NCBI GenBank assembly: GCA_963840035.1
Contig: CAWIXE010000002.1
Location: 1,568,001 to 1,632,000, forward strand
Source of the DNA: a candidate division FCPU426 bacterium
Lineage (GTDB): Bacteria; Oederibacteriota; PGYV01; Palsa-1178
Reading direction: 5' to 3'
DNA length: 64,000 nt
Every line of letters starts with the position of its first letter. Position 1 is the first letter of the stretch. The notes under the pieces were generated by a model. That model did not search any database and had not been told where the DNA came from. It was given only the letters and a program-made list of their open reading frames with translations. A program made the position numbers and the translations under genes. This document shows positions 19,853 through 30,074 of the stretch, in pieces.

Positions 19853-21010
19853 TTATTTATAAATCCGCCTTACCCTGTCCGTTATCCCCGTGAATATCTC
19901 ATATGAAATCGTTCCCGCTGCCGTTGCCATGTCCTCAACTTTTATCTCAGACTTTCCTGATTTGCCGAATATCAGCACTTCATCGCCGACGTTTACTTTT
20001 CCTGAGGGTTTTACAACCACCAGGTCCATGCAGACCCTGCCGGCGACCGGTGCTTTTTTTCCGTTTATCATGACATGCCATTTATCAGTCAGGCAGCGCC
20101 TGAAGCCGTCGCCGTAGCCTATGGCCACGACCGCGACCGTCTCTTTTTTCTTCGCCTTATAAAGCCCGGCGTAACTTACAGCGTCGCCTTTTTCAAGATT
20201 AATCACATTTACAACCCTTGATTTTAAAGTCATGACAGGCCGCAGGTCCATGTGCTCCGCGCTGTACTCGTCGCAGCATGAGCCGTAAATCGCTATGCCC
20301 GGCCTTACAGCGTCAAAGTACGCCTCAGGGTACCTCGCGATTGCCGCGGAATTAGCGGCGTGACAAAAGACCCCCACGGGCGCGAGTCTGCGTACTGCCG
20401 CAAAACGCTCCGCCTGTTTTAATGTAAAGGAATCATTTTTCATGTCAGCGTTCGCGAAATGCGTGTAGACCGACCTTAACCTTATGTTCTTTGATTTTTT
20501 TATGAGATTGAAATAAGCAGGCGCTTCCTCCGGCTTTATACCGAGCCTGTTCATTCCTGTGTTTACTTTCAGGTGGACATCGATTACCACGTTTGCTTTT
20601 GCCGCGGCAGAGTTTAACGCCATGATTTCCCGCTTAAGAAAAACAGAAGGCTCGAGGCCGTACCTGATGATGTCGGGTATCTCGCCTTTAAAAAAGCCTC
20701 CGAGGATGATAAGGCTGACGCCTTTAATTCCGGCGCGCCTTAAGCCAACGCCCTCGATAACGCGCGCTACCCCGAAATTCTCTATTTCCATTTCAGCGGA
20801 CAGGAATTTGCAGAGCTCTTTGTCCCCGTGGCCGTAGGCATTGGCCTTTATGACGGGTATTATTTCGCTCCCGCCTGTCTTCTTCCTTATCTCAAGTATG
20901 TTGTGACGCAGGGCTTTTAAGTCAACTTCAGCCCACGTCATAAGGCCTGATGTCTTATATCCCTCAGCCAAATGAACCCTCGTCATTATCCAGCCCTGAA
21001 ACCTGTTCAA
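19853..21010 (-). CDS. alr: Alanine racemase (true start probably ~20940-20990)
   Basis: VIKANAYGHG, TGMNRLG, HAANSAA, GYGDG, GRVCMD, GTISYE. Confidence 0.96.
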   Translation of the reverse strand: MNRFQGWIMTRVHLAEGYKTSGLMTWAEVDLKALRHNILEIRKKTGGSEIIPVIKANAYGHGDKELCKFLSAEMEIENFGVARVIEGVGLRRAGIKGVSLIILGGFFKGEIPDIIRYGLEPSVFLKREIMALNSAAAKANVVIDVHLKVNTGMNRLGIKPEEAPAYFNLIKKSKNIRLRSVYTHFANADMKNDSFTLKQAERFAAVRRLAPVGVFCHAANSAAIARYPEAYFDAVRPGIAIYGSCCDEYSAEHMDLRPVMTLKSRVVNVINLEKGDAVSYAGLYKAKKKETVAVVAIGYGDGFRRCLTDKWHVMINGKKAPVAGRVCMDLVVVKPSGKVNVGDEVLIFGKSGKSEIKVEDMATAAGTISYEIFTGITDRVRRIYK

Positions 21011-22418
21011 AGGCTGTAAGTTCAGGTATAAAGGCCACCTGTTGCTCTTCTATGGGGCCGTTCCTGTTCTTGGCTATGATCAGCTTGCACTTTATTATCT
21101 GCCTGTCCACCCTCTCGCCGGATTCCAGCGTTTCTGTCGTGACGAGCGGGTCTTTTGATTCCCTGTGAATAAACAGCACGATATCCGCGTCCTGTTCGAT
21201 GGCGCCCGATTCCCTTAAGTCCGAAAGCCTGGGAGGCGACGCCTTATCCGCGGCTTTTTCCCTTTTTTCAACTTCGCGGTTAAGCTGGGAAAGCGCGATA
21301 ACCGGGAGCTTCATCTCGCTGGCAAGCATTTTAAGCGAGCGGGATATCTGCGATATCTGCTGCTCGCGCGGTATGTTTTCATTCGGCCGCACCAGCTGTA
21401 TGTAGTCCACTATTATAAGGTCGAGCTTCTTGCCTTTTTTCTGGAGTTCCGCTTTTAAAGTCCTGGTCTTAGCCTTCATGTCAAAAACATTATTGTCTTC
21501 GGTGTCTATGAATACGGAAGTGTTTGACAGCTCTCCCGCGACCCTCATCAGGCCGGCTTTGTCTTCGGAGTCAATCCTGCCGCGCCTGATCTTCTGGAGC
21601 GGCACGCGCGAACCCACGGCGAGCATCCTTCTTATAAGGTCAAAGTTGCTCATTTCAAAGCTGAATATGAGGACATTTTTCTTGTCATGCACGGCAAGCT
21701 TATACGCGATGTTGAGAACCAATGATGTCTTTCCGACGCCCGGCCTCGCGGCCACTATGACAAGCTCTCCCGGCTGAAGCCCCTGCGTACAGTCGTCTAT
21801 CTTCTGGAACCCTGTCGGAAGCCCGGTCATTACATCCGGTTCCTTTGATTTCTTTATTATCTGGTCGAATACATCGCCGACATCCTCGCTGACTTCCTGG
21901 AACGAATCGCGTTTCTTGCGGTGCGCGACCTTATATATCATGGATTCGGCGTCGACTAAAATCTCGTCAACCGTCATATCTTCCTTATAAGCGGCTTCAA
22001 CTATGCCGGTGGATAAGCCTATCATGTTTCTTTTGATGGATTTATCGACTACAATCTTCGCGTATTCAGTGGCGTTTTCATATGAAGGGATGGAGTCGGC
22101 AAGCGATGACACATACGACGCGCCGCCCGTGGTGTCAAGTATGCCCTTTGTCCCGAGCAGCTCGCAGACTGTCAGCGAATCTATGGCCTTGCCCTCGCTG
22201 TTTAACTGCTTCATTATCATGAATATGTTCCTGTGCCTGGGCTCGTAAAAATCCTCTTCGGTTACCAGCGCGGCCACGGAGTCAAACATCTCGTGGTTTA
22301 AGAGTATGGCGCCCAAAAGCGACTGTTCCGCCTCTATGCTGTTGGGCGGGACTTTTCCTTTTATCTCTGATTTGTACTGTTCAAGCTTCGGGCCCTGCGG
22401 CCCTTTTTTAAATGCCAT
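20964..22418 (-). CDS. dnaB: Replicative DNA helicase
   Basis: PPNSIEAEQ, AARPGVGKT, IVDYIQL, LSQLNR, LRESGAIEQDAD; no intein. Confidence 0.97.
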   Translation of the reverse strand: MAFKKGPQGPKLEQYKSEIKGKVPPNSIEAEQSLLGAILLNHEMFDSVAALVTEEDFYEPRHRNIFMIMKQLNSEGKAIDSLTVCELLGTKGILDTTGGASYVSSLADSIPSYENATEYAKIVVDKSIKRNMIGLSTGIVEAAYKEDMTVDEILVDAESMIYKVAHRKKRDSFQEVSEDVGDVFDQIIKKSKEPDVMTGLPTGFQKIDDCTQGLQPGELVIVAARPGVGKTSLVLNIAYKLAVHDKKNVLIFSFEMSNFDLIRRMLAVGSRVPLQKIRRGRIDSEDKAGLMRVAGELSNTSVFIDTEDNNVFDMKAKTRTLKAELQKKGKKLDLIIVDYIQLVRPNENIPREQQISQISRSLKMLASEMKLPVIALSQLNREVEKREKAADKASPPRLSDLRESGAIEQDADIVLFIHRESKDPLVTTETLESGERVDRQIIKCKLIIAKNRNGPIEEQQVAFIPELTAFEQVSGLDNDEGSFG

Positions 22419-22864
22419 TATTTATCCTTTACTATCCACACTTTTATTTTTGCCTCTATGTCGTGCCTTAAGCGCACGGTCACGTTCTTCATGCCGAGTT
22501 CCTTGATATGCCCTGAAAGCGCGATGGATTTCTTATCAAGATTGTAATTTAATTTTTTGAGTTCGTCCACTATATCCGACTCAGATACGGAGCCGAATAA
22601 CTTGTCGTCTTCAGCGGCTTTTTTCTTTATGGTCACTTCCACGCCGTCTAGCTTGCTGGCGAGCTGGCGGAGATACTGTTCTTCCTCGTGCTTTTTTTCC
22701 GTCTTCTGATCAGCCTGCAGTTTGATATTCTTTATGGCTCCAGGAGTGGCCTCCACGGCCTTTTTTCCAGGAAACAGAAAATTCCTCGCGTAGCCTTCCG
22801 ACACCTTTACTACCTGGCCTGCCTTGCCGACCCCTTTAACGTCCTCCTTAAGAATTACTTCCAT
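22418..22864 (-). CDS. rplI: 50S ribosomal protein L9
   Basis: MEVILKEDVKGVGKAGQVVKVSEGYARNFL, KLFGSV; GGAGG SD before ATG 22864. Confidence 0.97.
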   Translation of the reverse strand: MEVILKEDVKGVGKAGQVVKVSEGYARNFLFPGKKAVEATPGAIKNIKLQADQKTEKKHEEEQYLRQLASKLDGVEVTIKKKAAEDDKLFGSVSESDIVDELKKLNYNLDKKSIALSGHIKELGMKNVTVRLRHDIEAKIKVWIVKDK

Positions 22865-23628
22865 ATGGAACCTCCCTTTTCTATTTTTCTCCAGTTGAAC
22901 CATGTATCCAGGACGCCTACCATCATTATCATGACGGACAGGAACATCCACGCTATTATCATGAAAATTATAATAAACTGGAGTATCGCCGGTACCTTAT
23001 GTTTTTTAAATAGGAAAGTTACTACCGAAAACCCTATCAGAAAGTACAGGTTCCCGAGTATAATGGCCGCGTTTAAGGACGTAACAAATGCGCCCTTCCA
23101 CGGTATCTGCTTGTAGAACATGAGCCCGGCCAGCGCCGCTATGAGTATCCACACAGCGCCTTCGTTCAAATGCCATAGCTCAAATGACGCCATCTGATTC
23201 TTAATGCCGTATTTTTTTACAGCGTAGAGCCTGGTGACAAAATAATTGAGGAATACCAGGAAAAGCGCGCTTATGGTAAACCAGGCAGGCAGGGCCTTTA
23301 TGATAAGGGTGTCCGCCTGCTCCCTTGTCCTTGCGATCGACGCCGCGTCCGCGCCGTTTGTTGCCGCGGTTTTCAGCGCAGCGTCCAGGCTGGCGTTGAG
23401 CTCCCCTGTCATGTAAACGATAATGTCATGGCCGAGGGCTTCTTTCAGCCCTATGTATACCCCAAAAAAAACAACCGCGAGGTACGCCATCCCCGCGGTT
23501 ATTATGGTTATCCATTTGTAATTTTTTTTGATCATGAAAAGCATTATAAGGTCCAGTATGCCGAAAAAAACCGCAAGGACCATCAGTTCTGTCAAAAGAC
23601 CCGCAATGATTTTCAGCGGCATATGCAC
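22855..23628 (-). CDS. DUF2232/YybS-family membrane protein
   Basis: Multiple TM helices, C-terminal GVLDTWFNWRK, conserved position between rpsR and rplI. Confidence 0.8.
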   Translation of the reverse strand: MHMPLKIIAGLLTELMVLAVFFGILDLIMLFMIKKNYKWITIITAGMAYLAVVFFGVYIGLKEALGHDIIVYMTGELNASLDAALKTAATNGADAASIARTREQADTLIIKALPAWFTISALFLVFLNYFVTRLYAVKKYGIKNQMASFELWHLNEGAVWILIAALAGLMFYKQIPWKGAFVTSLNAAIILGNLYFLIGFSVVTFLFKKHKVPAILQFIIIFMIIAWMFLSVMIMMVGVLDTWFNWRKIEKGGSIWK

Positions 23629-23655
23629 TGCCTTTACATTATTATTTTTTTATAC

Positions 23656-23922
23656 TTATTCCGCGACAAAGGGCAGTATGGCCGCTTCGCGCGCTTTCTT
23701 GATGCATTTTGTTACCATGCGCTGGTGTTTCGCGCAGTTACCCGTTACTCTCCTGGGAATGATCTTGCCTCTCTCAGTGATAAAGTTCTTCAGGTAGTCC
23801 TCATCTTTATAATCCAGGGCCTTGATCCTGCCCGTGCACATTTTGCAGCGTTTTTTCTTTATCCTTTTAAATCCGAATCCCTTGCCTCTGCTTGGTCCGC
23901 CTTCACTTTTGTTAGGGTACAT
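23656..23922 (-). CDS. rpsR: 30S ribosomal protein S18 (zinc-binding type)
   Basis: [33 protein letters not shown]. Confidence 0.97.
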   Translation of the reverse strand: MYPNKSEGGPSRGKGFGFKRIKKKRCKMCTGRIKALDYKDEDYLKNFITERGKIIPRRVTGNCAKHQRMVTKCIKKAREAAILPFVAE

Positions 23923-23934
23923 TAAACTTCCTCC

Positions 23935-24351
23935 TTAAAATGGAGCGTCTTCCGGTGGTGCCGGAGGCGCATCTGGTCCTTCTTCAGCGGCCGGCTCGGT
24001 CCCGGTCTCGCCTTCTTTCTTCTTTTTATCCAGAAACTGCACCCTGTCAGCCACTACTTCGAGGACATTTTTCTTTTCCCCGCTCTCGGCTTCCCAGGTC
24101 CTGTACTGCAGCCTTCCTTCGACAAATATCGAAGAGCCTTTCCTTAAGAACGTGTGGCAGCTCTCCGCCTGCTTGCCCCACACAACTACCGTGACGTAAC
24201 AGACTTCTTCTTTTTTCTCGCCTGACTGCGTCGTATATGTCCTGTTAACGGCAAGCCTTAAGTTTGTGACAGGCTGCCCGTTCTTTCCGTATTTAATTTC
24301 CAGGTCCCTTGTGAGGTTCCCCATGAGAAAAACCCTGTTCAAATTAGCCAT
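23935..24351 (-). CDS. ssb: Single-stranded DNA-binding protein
   Basis: NRVFLMGNLTRD, VEGRLQYRTW, acidic ...EDAPF tail. Confidence 0.97.
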   Translation of the reverse strand: MANLNRVFLMGNLTRDLEIKYGKNGQPVTNLRLAVNRTYTTQSGEKKEEVCYVTVVVWGKQAESCHTFLRKGSSIFVEGRLQYRTWEAESGEKKNVLEVVADRVQFLDKKKKEGETGTEPAAEEGPDAPPAPPEDAPF

Positions 24352-24377
24352 TATCCGCCCTCAATCGCCAGGTAAGT

Positions 24378-24824
24378 TTAAGCCTGTGTTTCTTTGGGTG
24401 TTGTTTCTGTATCCGCTGCCGGAGCAACCGGAGCTTCTTCTTTTTTCTCAGAAGGAGCTGTAACAGCAGCTGCAGCAGCCGCGGCTGCGGCTTCAACAAC
24501 TTTCCTCTTTTTGGGTTTCTCAGGTTCCCTGATTGTAACGCCCGCCTGCGCGAGTGTGAACCTGTTGATGTCTTCGATGAGCCTTATCTTAGCGTTGAGC
24601 TCATTGGCTTTTGACGCGTCAAGGCCGAATTTCATGAATACATGAAATGCCTCGCGTGTCTTTTTTACGATAAAAGGAAGGCGCTTTTTGTTTGGCTGTC
24701 TTTCTTCCACGATCTCGCCCTTAGCGTCCGCTATTAAGACCTTTATCTTTTTAATGCAGTTGTCTACCTCTGCTTCGGAAAGCGTCGGCTTCAGAAAAAT
24801 AATACCGTCATACATTCTTTTCAT
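24378..24824 (-). CDS. rpsF: 30S ribosomal protein S6 with Ala/Glu-rich tail
   Basis: YDGIIFLKPTLSE...KKRLPFIVKK; position upstream of ssb; AAGGAG SD. Confidence 0.88.
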   Translation of the reverse strand: MKRMYDGIIFLKPTLSEAEVDNCIKKIKVLIADAKGEIVEERQPNKKRLPFIVKKTREAFHVFMKFGLDASKANELNAKIRLIEDINRFTLAQAGVTIREPEKPKKRKVVEAAAAAAAAAVTAPSEKKEEAPVAPAADTETTPKETQA

Positions 24825-25049
24825 AAACTGTAAATCTCCTTTCAAAATTGAAATAATTATTGCTTTTTAGGATAGTAATATCCCATCCTGCAAAAGGCCG
24901 CAGTGAAATGATAGATTATCATAATTTGAAAATCAATGCAAGTATTTTTATGGGCAAATAACGCTTTTATGGATTTCATCAATAAAATATGGTAGTATTA
25001 TTACGGTTTAGTAACAGGAACCGCCAATCCAAATATTTGAAAGGCTTAA

Positions 25050-26012
25050 ATGGAGATAAATCACGATTTCCTCAATAAATTCAAGGGTTTTTCAGGACAA
25101 AAAGGCCCTAAAAAGCGGTTCAACGAACTGCCAGGTGAGGTCATATCCAGGAATAACACCAAATTCCTGATAACCACCAACTCCCGGGACTTTAAGTCTT
25201 TTTTCCTGCCTGAGCCCGAATTCTTCAAAGAAGCCTATAACAACACCCTTGAACTTTTATACGGTATAAGGGACAGGAAAGCGCAGAAAATAATTGAATG
25301 CGGCATCAAGGACTTAAAAAGCGCCTCCGGCCATGAGAAATACGGGAAAGAGGCGTGCCATATCCTCTCGGCTCTGGATAAGGACTTTCACTCCATTAAA
25401 AGCGTCCTCTCTTCCAGGTTTTCCCCTTCGCACAGGCTCTTCTTTCTGCTTTCGGCTTTCTTTAAACCCGAGGAACTTCTCTTTGTGGATATAGAGACCA
25501 AGTCGCTGTTCTTTGAGACCTCTATAATAGAGATAGGCGCGGGTTACTTTGAGGGGAAGACTTTTACAGTCAAGCAGTTTACCTGTTTATCCGACGCTGC
25601 AGAATATGAAATACTCGAGGAATTCGGAAAACTCCTCACCGGCAAAAAAGCTTTTGTGACATTCAACGGCAGGACATTCGACATACCATTCATCGACGGC
25701 AGAATATCCTATTACGGCGGCATCAGCTCGACCGTTGATTTGATGGAACTTCACAACTTTGACCTGCTTCACTTCTCCAGGTGCTGCTATAAGGAGGAGT
25801 TTGACTCCTACAGGCTTAAATCCCTTGAAGTAAATGTGCTCGGCAAGGAACGCGAGGGCGACATAGACGGCGCCGAGGTGCAGGTTTACTTTGAGAACTT
25901 TGTGAACACCGGCGACCCGAAATACATAGAGCCCATCATCTACCATAACATGGAGGATATTTACGCCATGGTGCAGCTGATGGAAAGGCTGATGGCAAGA
26001 TGGACAGAATAG
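25050..26012 (+). CDS. YprB/MrfB-like RNase H-like (DEDD) exonuclease
   Basis: FVDIET, TFNGRTFDIPF, YHNMEDI; overlaps the helicase start. Confidence 0.85.
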   Translation: MEINHDFLNKFKGFSGQKGPKKRFNELPGEVISRNNTKFLITTNSRDFKSFFLPEPEFFKEAYNNTLELLYGIRDRKAQKIIECGIKDLKSASGHEKYGKEACHILSALDKDFHSIKSVLSSRFSPSHRLFFLLSAFFKPEELLFVDIETKSLFFETSIIEIGAGYFEGKTFTVKQFTCLSDAAEYEILEEFGKLLTGKKAFVTFNGRTFDIPFIDGRISYYGGISSTVDLMELHNFDLLHFSRCCYKEEFDSYRLKSLEVNVLGKEREGDIDGAEVQVYFENFVNTGDPKYIEPIIYHNMEDIYAMVQLMERLMARWTE

Positions 26013-28219
26013 AGAAATTCATAGCCGGCATAAACGGCAAACTTTTTTACAACCACCAGATATCATCGGTCATACGCTTAGACGGAATTAACGCCGTCAA
26101 CGCGGAGGGCATGGAATTCTCCCCTGCCATCGCGAGGTATTTAAAATCCTGCGGCATTGAAAACCTATACACCCACCAGGCAGAGGCAATCAGGCATGTC
26201 AGGGCGGGAAAGAACGTGATAATCACGACACCTACGGCTTCGGGCAAGACACTAGGCTTTAATATCCCTGTATTTGAAAAAATACAGGAAGATAAGGAAA
26301 CAACCGCGCTGTATATTTACCCTGCCAAGGCGCTCTCAAACGACCAGTACAACAACATCAAAGAAATGAAGGCCGCTTCAGGCATAGAAATGGAAGCCGG
26401 CATCTACGACGGCGATACGGAAGCGCAATTAAAGAAACATCTGCGCGAAGAAGCGAACATAATAATAACAAACCCCTACGAGCTTCATCAGGTGCTTCCC
26501 TTCCACCCAAAGTGGAAGAGCTTCTATAAAAACTTAAAATTCGTCGTCATTGACGAGGCCCACAGGTATAAAGGCATCTTCGGGTCCAACATAGCCTTCC
26601 TTCTGCGGCGCTTAAAACGCGTGCTGAAAGTTTATAAGGCAAACCCGCAGTTCATCGCCTCGACCGCGTCAATTGCCAACCCCCTGGAATTCATGGAAAA
26701 ACTTACAGGCGAAGACTTCACAGTTGTTGACAACAACGGCGCGCCATCCGGCGAGAAGCACCTCGTGCTGTGGGACCCGTCAACGTATCCGGAGAAATCA
26801 GTGCATACGCAGACCAAGGATATACTGCTGCACTCAGCCAAATCAGGCTTCCAGACACTCGCGTTTGTGACATCCAGGCGCTTAGCAGAGCTGATCCGGC
26901 GCTGGGCAAACCAGGAGGACCGGGGCGTTGAAATACTTTCCTACCGCGCAGGCTACTCACCCGAGATAAGGCGCGACATTGAGGCAAAATTAAAATCAGG
27001 CGAATTAAAAGGAGTGGTTTCCACAAACGCCCTTGAGCTGGGCATTGACATAGGGCAGCTGGATGTCATCATTATATCCGGTTACCCGGGATCAATTTCA
27101 TCCTTCTGGCAGCAGGCAGGACGTGCCGGGCGCAAGATGAAAGATTCAGCCGTATTCTATATCCCCCACGAAGACGCCATGCAAAAATACATATTAAACC
27201 ACCCGGACATACTGACCTCAAAGAACTTTGAAAACGCTGTTATTTCAACGGAAAACCCCAATATAATAAACGGCCACGTGCTGTGCGCCATATCCGAGGT
27301 AATGGCTGAGAATACAAGGATATTCCCCGACATTGACACGGAGCCATTCATGGAAACGCTCATAGACAAAGGGCTGGTTACAAAAACGCCGCGCGGCCTG
27401 ATTTACGCCGGCTCCAAAAGGCCGCAGGACGTTGTCGGGCTCGATTCCATCGGGTCTAAAAACATCAAGATCAAGATAGATGGCAGGATTCTCGAAGAGA
27501 TATCCGTCACCCGCGCCTATGAAGAAGCGCATAAAGGCGCAGTTCATCTTTTTAACGGTGAGACATATGTCATACAGGAATTGAACCTGGAAGAGGGCGT
27601 GGCAATAGCGGCCAAGGAAGAAGTGGAGCATTACACCGAGACTATGAAAGACGAGGATGTTAAGATACTAAAAATAATGAAATCAAAAGAATACGCGAAC
27701 TTCAAGCTCTTCTTCGGCAATGTTTCAGTCACGGAATTCTATAAATCTTATAAGACCAAAAAAGGCGGCAAGGTCCTTTCCTACGACGACCTCTTCCTGC
27801 CGCCGCTTACGTTTACGACAGAAGCAGTCTGGTTTGAGCTTGACCCCGGCATAAACCGCAAAGTTTTAAAGCAGGACCTCGACTTTGACGGTTCCATCCA
27901 CGCCGCGGAACACGCGCTGATTGCCCTCGCGCCGCTGTGGGCCATGTGCGACAGGAACGACATAGGAGGCAGGTCATACCCGGTATATGAGGACGGAAAC
28001 TCGGTGATTTTTATATACGACGGATACGACGGCGGTATAGGGATATCGGAAAAACTATACGACATATTCCCGTCGCTGGTGACGAATACGCACGACATGG
28101 TAAAGACATGCACGTGTGAGACGGGGTGCCCCTATTGCGTATATTCGCCAAAGTGCGGTAATAATAACAACCCGATAGATAAGGCCGGGGCTGTAGTTAT
28201 ATTGAAGGAATTGTTTTGA
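26000..28219 (+). CDS. DEAH-box helicase with DUF1998 (MrfA/SftH/Hrq1 family)
   Basis: TPTASGKT, IDEAH, STNALELGIDIG, QQAGRAGR, HAAEH, MCD...CTCETGCPYC. Confidence 0.92.
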   Translation: MDRIEKFIAGINGKLFYNHQISSVIRLDGINAVNAEGMEFSPAIARYLKSCGIENLYTHQAEAIRHVRAGKNVIITTPTASGKTLGFNIPVFEKIQEDKETTALYIYPAKALSNDQYNNIKEMKAASGIEMEAGIYDGDTEAQLKKHLREEANIIITNPYELHQVLPFHPKWKSFYKNLKFVVIDEAHRYKGIFGSNIAFLLRRLKRVLKVYKANPQFIASTASIANPLEFMEKLTGEDFTVVDNNGAPSGEKHLVLWDPSTYPEKSVHTQTKDILLHSAKSGFQTLAFVTSRRLAELIRRWANQEDRGVEILSYRAGYSPEIRRDIEAKLKSGELKGVVSTNALELGIDIGQLDVIIISGYPGSISSFWQQAGRAGRKMKDSAVFYIPHEDAMQKYILNHPDILTSKNFENAVISTENPNIINGHVLCAISEVMAENTRIFPDIDTEPFMETLIDKGLVTKTPRGLIYAGSKRPQDVVGLDSIGSKNIKIKIDGRILEEISVTRAYEEAHKGAVHLFNGETYVIQELNLEEGVAIAAKEEVEHYTETMKDEDVKILKIMKSKEYANFKLFFGNVSVTEFYKSYKTKKGGKVLSYDDLFLPPLTFTTEAVWFELDPGINRKVLKQDLDFDGSIHAAEHALIALAPLWAMCDRNDIGGRSYPVYEDGNSVIFIYDGYDGGIGISEKLYDIFPSLVTNTHDMVKTCTCETGCPYCVYSPKCGNNNNPIDKAGAVVILKELF

Positions 28220-28237
28220 GCCGGATGCCAAGCGCCA

Positions 28238-28468
28238 TTATTTCCAGGTATGCGGTTTTATCTGCAGTTGATATCCAGAGGCATAAACAATCGCAAAAAA
28301 TTCCTCAAGCGTCATTTGCCTCCAGCCCTGTCCAGCCTTTTCAGCCCTTTTTTTGGTTCTCTTTGCTTTTTCATCGTCCTTAAGAAATAAAGAATAACTT
28401 GACTTCATGAGTTTCTTTACACGTCTTGTACCTTTTGTTGTTTTGATATGTACCTTTTTTGTTTTCAT
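28238..28468 (-). CDS. Small basic hypothetical protein
   Basis: AAGGGGG SD before ATG 28468; 76 aa; co-oriented with the transposase operon. Confidence 0.5.
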   Translation of the reverse strand: MKTKKVHIKTTKGTRRVKKLMKSSYSLFLKDDEKAKRTKKRAEKAGQGWRQMTLEEFFAIVYASGYQLQIKPHTWK

Positions 28469-28563
28469 ACATTCCCCCTTAATTTTTATAAACCCGATCC
28501 TTTTCGGCGTCCGGCAGGACAACAAACCATCATTTAAATCCGGTGCCCTGCCGGCTAAAGCAA

Positions 28564-28782
28564 TCAGTACCCATTGGATTTTGTGCTGTCCACTCCCTTA
28601 TTTTCCGTTTCCTCCTGCACGTCGCCTGCGAGTGCCTCTTTTCCGCCTTCGCTCTCCAGCTCCCTGACCAGAGCCCTTTCCGCGAACTTGCTTATCTTCA
28701 ATCCCTGTCCGTCACAAAACTTCCTGATCTTATTCCTCAGACTTTTTTCAAGTGTAATCACAAGTTGGGCCTTGTTTTCCAT
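28564..28782 (-). CDS. Ribbon-helix-helix (CopG-like) DNA-binding protein
   Basis: AQLVITLEKSLRNKIRKFCDGQGLKISKFAERAL RHH pattern; AGGAGG SD. Confidence 0.7.
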   Translation of the reverse strand: MENKAQLVITLEKSLRNKIRKFCDGQGLKISKFAERALVRELESEGGKEALAGDVQEETENKGVDSTKSNGY

Positions 28783-28884
28783 TATCATCCCCTCCTTTCT
28801 GATTTGTGCGTTTTTACACACGCTGCCATATTTAGAACGCCAACCGGCTTTAAAAGCCGGGGGATTTCACCCCCCGGCACATGC

Positions 28885-30048
28885 TCACTTTCCCCGGTTA
28901 AGCCGTTTCTTTTTTATCTTTTCAAAAAGCTCCTTAAGCGGGCTCCTTTCCCTTTCCTCCCTGGCTGCGTCCAAAGGGTCCGCGTCCGGGCTGAACCTGT
29001 CGTAACCCGGCGCCGCCTTTATGTCGAGCTTGCGCCTTTTGAGTATCGCGTGTATGCTCAATTTGGGTATTTCCACGTCAGGAAGCTGGTTGTTTATGTA
29101 CACAAGACCGGCATTTACCGATGTTTTCACACCGGCTTTACGCGCGGCGTCCAAAACATCCATCCGTTTCTTCCTCCTTGCCCAGATTTTCCTGAATTCC
29201 TTTACCACGCGTTTTGCGTGACGCTTCCTTATCGCCCTGCTTACAAATCCCGAGTGGTAGTAGACTGTATCGCTTGTATTGCCGTTGAATATCCTCCACG
29301 GATATTCCTGATTTAACTGCCTTTTGACCTCGTCAATTGCGGTCTGGGTCTCTTCAAAGGACAACACACCCTTGTGTTCCAGCGCGCCCTTTATCATCTT
29401 GTTTATCCTCTCAAGCTTGCCGTTAAAACCCGGATACCTCCTCGGGCTTGGCAATGGCGTTATGCCTTCCTTTAAAAGAAGGTCGAGGACATCCGAATTA
29501 TTGAACTCGCTTCCCCTGTCAAATTTGAGATTTACAGGTACTTCCCCTAAACCATAGATGGTATCCCGGATAACCCTTGCGGCTGTTTCACCGTCAATTT
29601 TCGGGCACAACCTGGATGCGAGTATGCTGCGCGAACGCTCGTCAACTATCAGAATGAGGTATGCCCTTCCTTCTTTGACTTTCACATACGTAGTGTCTAT
29701 GGCCCAGCATGAGTGGATATGCTTCCAGTGCACATATTTCGGTTTGCGTTTTATCGCGGATTCCTTCTTCACATTATCCTTTTTTTCCCAGTCTTCTTTC
29801 CTTATCCTCCTTGCCTCACTTTCAGAAACCCCGGCAAACTTCCCCAAAGCATAGTTGGAAATCCTACCGTTATAATGGTCCAGGTATGCCTTTACTTTTT
29901 CCACCGTAATCCATCCGAGGTAATAAACGCCGCCCCTTCTTCTCCCCGGTGTTTCATATTTAAGCTTCCCGGTCAACCGCCTTTTTTCCCAGTCATAAAA
30001 CACGCTGCGCGGCACCCCTGTGGCGGAACAGAAATCCGAAACGCTCAT
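28885..30048 (-). CDS. DDE (rve) transposase, IS3-like OrfB; probably fused to OrfA by -1 frameshift
   Basis: WAIDTTY, LIVDERSR, KFDRGSEF, GKLERIN; frame open back to the A9 run at 30115-30123. Confidence 0.85.
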   Translation of the reverse strand: MSVSDFCSATGVPRSVFYDWEKRRLTGKLKYETPGRRRGGVYYLGWITVEKVKAYLDHYNGRISNYALGKFAGVSESEARRIRKEDWEKKDNVKKESAIKRKPKYVHWKHIHSCWAIDTTYVKVKEGRAYLILIVDERSRSILASRLCPKIDGETAARVIRDTIYGLGEVPVNLKFDRGSEFNNSDVLDLLLKEGITPLPSPRRYPGFNGKLERINKMIKGALEHKGVLSFEETQTAIDEVKRQLNQEYPWRIFNGNTSDTVYYHSGFVSRAIRKRHAKRVVKEFRKIWARRKKRMDVLDAARKAGVKTSVNAGLVYINNQLPDVEIPKLSIHAILKRRKLDIKAAPGYDRFSPDADPLDAAREERERSPLKELFEKIKKKRLNRGK

Positions 30049-30074
30049 GCCTTTCTTTCCAGCGCGCCTGGAAC

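Noticed and set aside
22855..23655. Missing gdpP between the DUF2232 gene and rplI
   Set aside because: Direct DUF2232-rplI adjacency is common outside Bacillota, so it is not unusual.
24862..24897. Hairpin upstream of rpsF as an S6:S18 leader RNA
   Set aside because: The position fits, but I could not see the SD-sequestering stem or the conserved CCG. An Infernal search is needed.
28220..28884. A conventional partner transposon end left of the transposase operon
   Set aside because: No TGT-N19-GACA or 19-mer match found by eye; only GC hairpins near 28844-28877.
28543..29316. 257-aa plus-strand ORF and similar antisense ORFs (e.g. 8707-9351, 44070-44744, 50771-51358)
   Set aside because: Shadows of well-supported opposite-strand genes, with no recognisable motifs.
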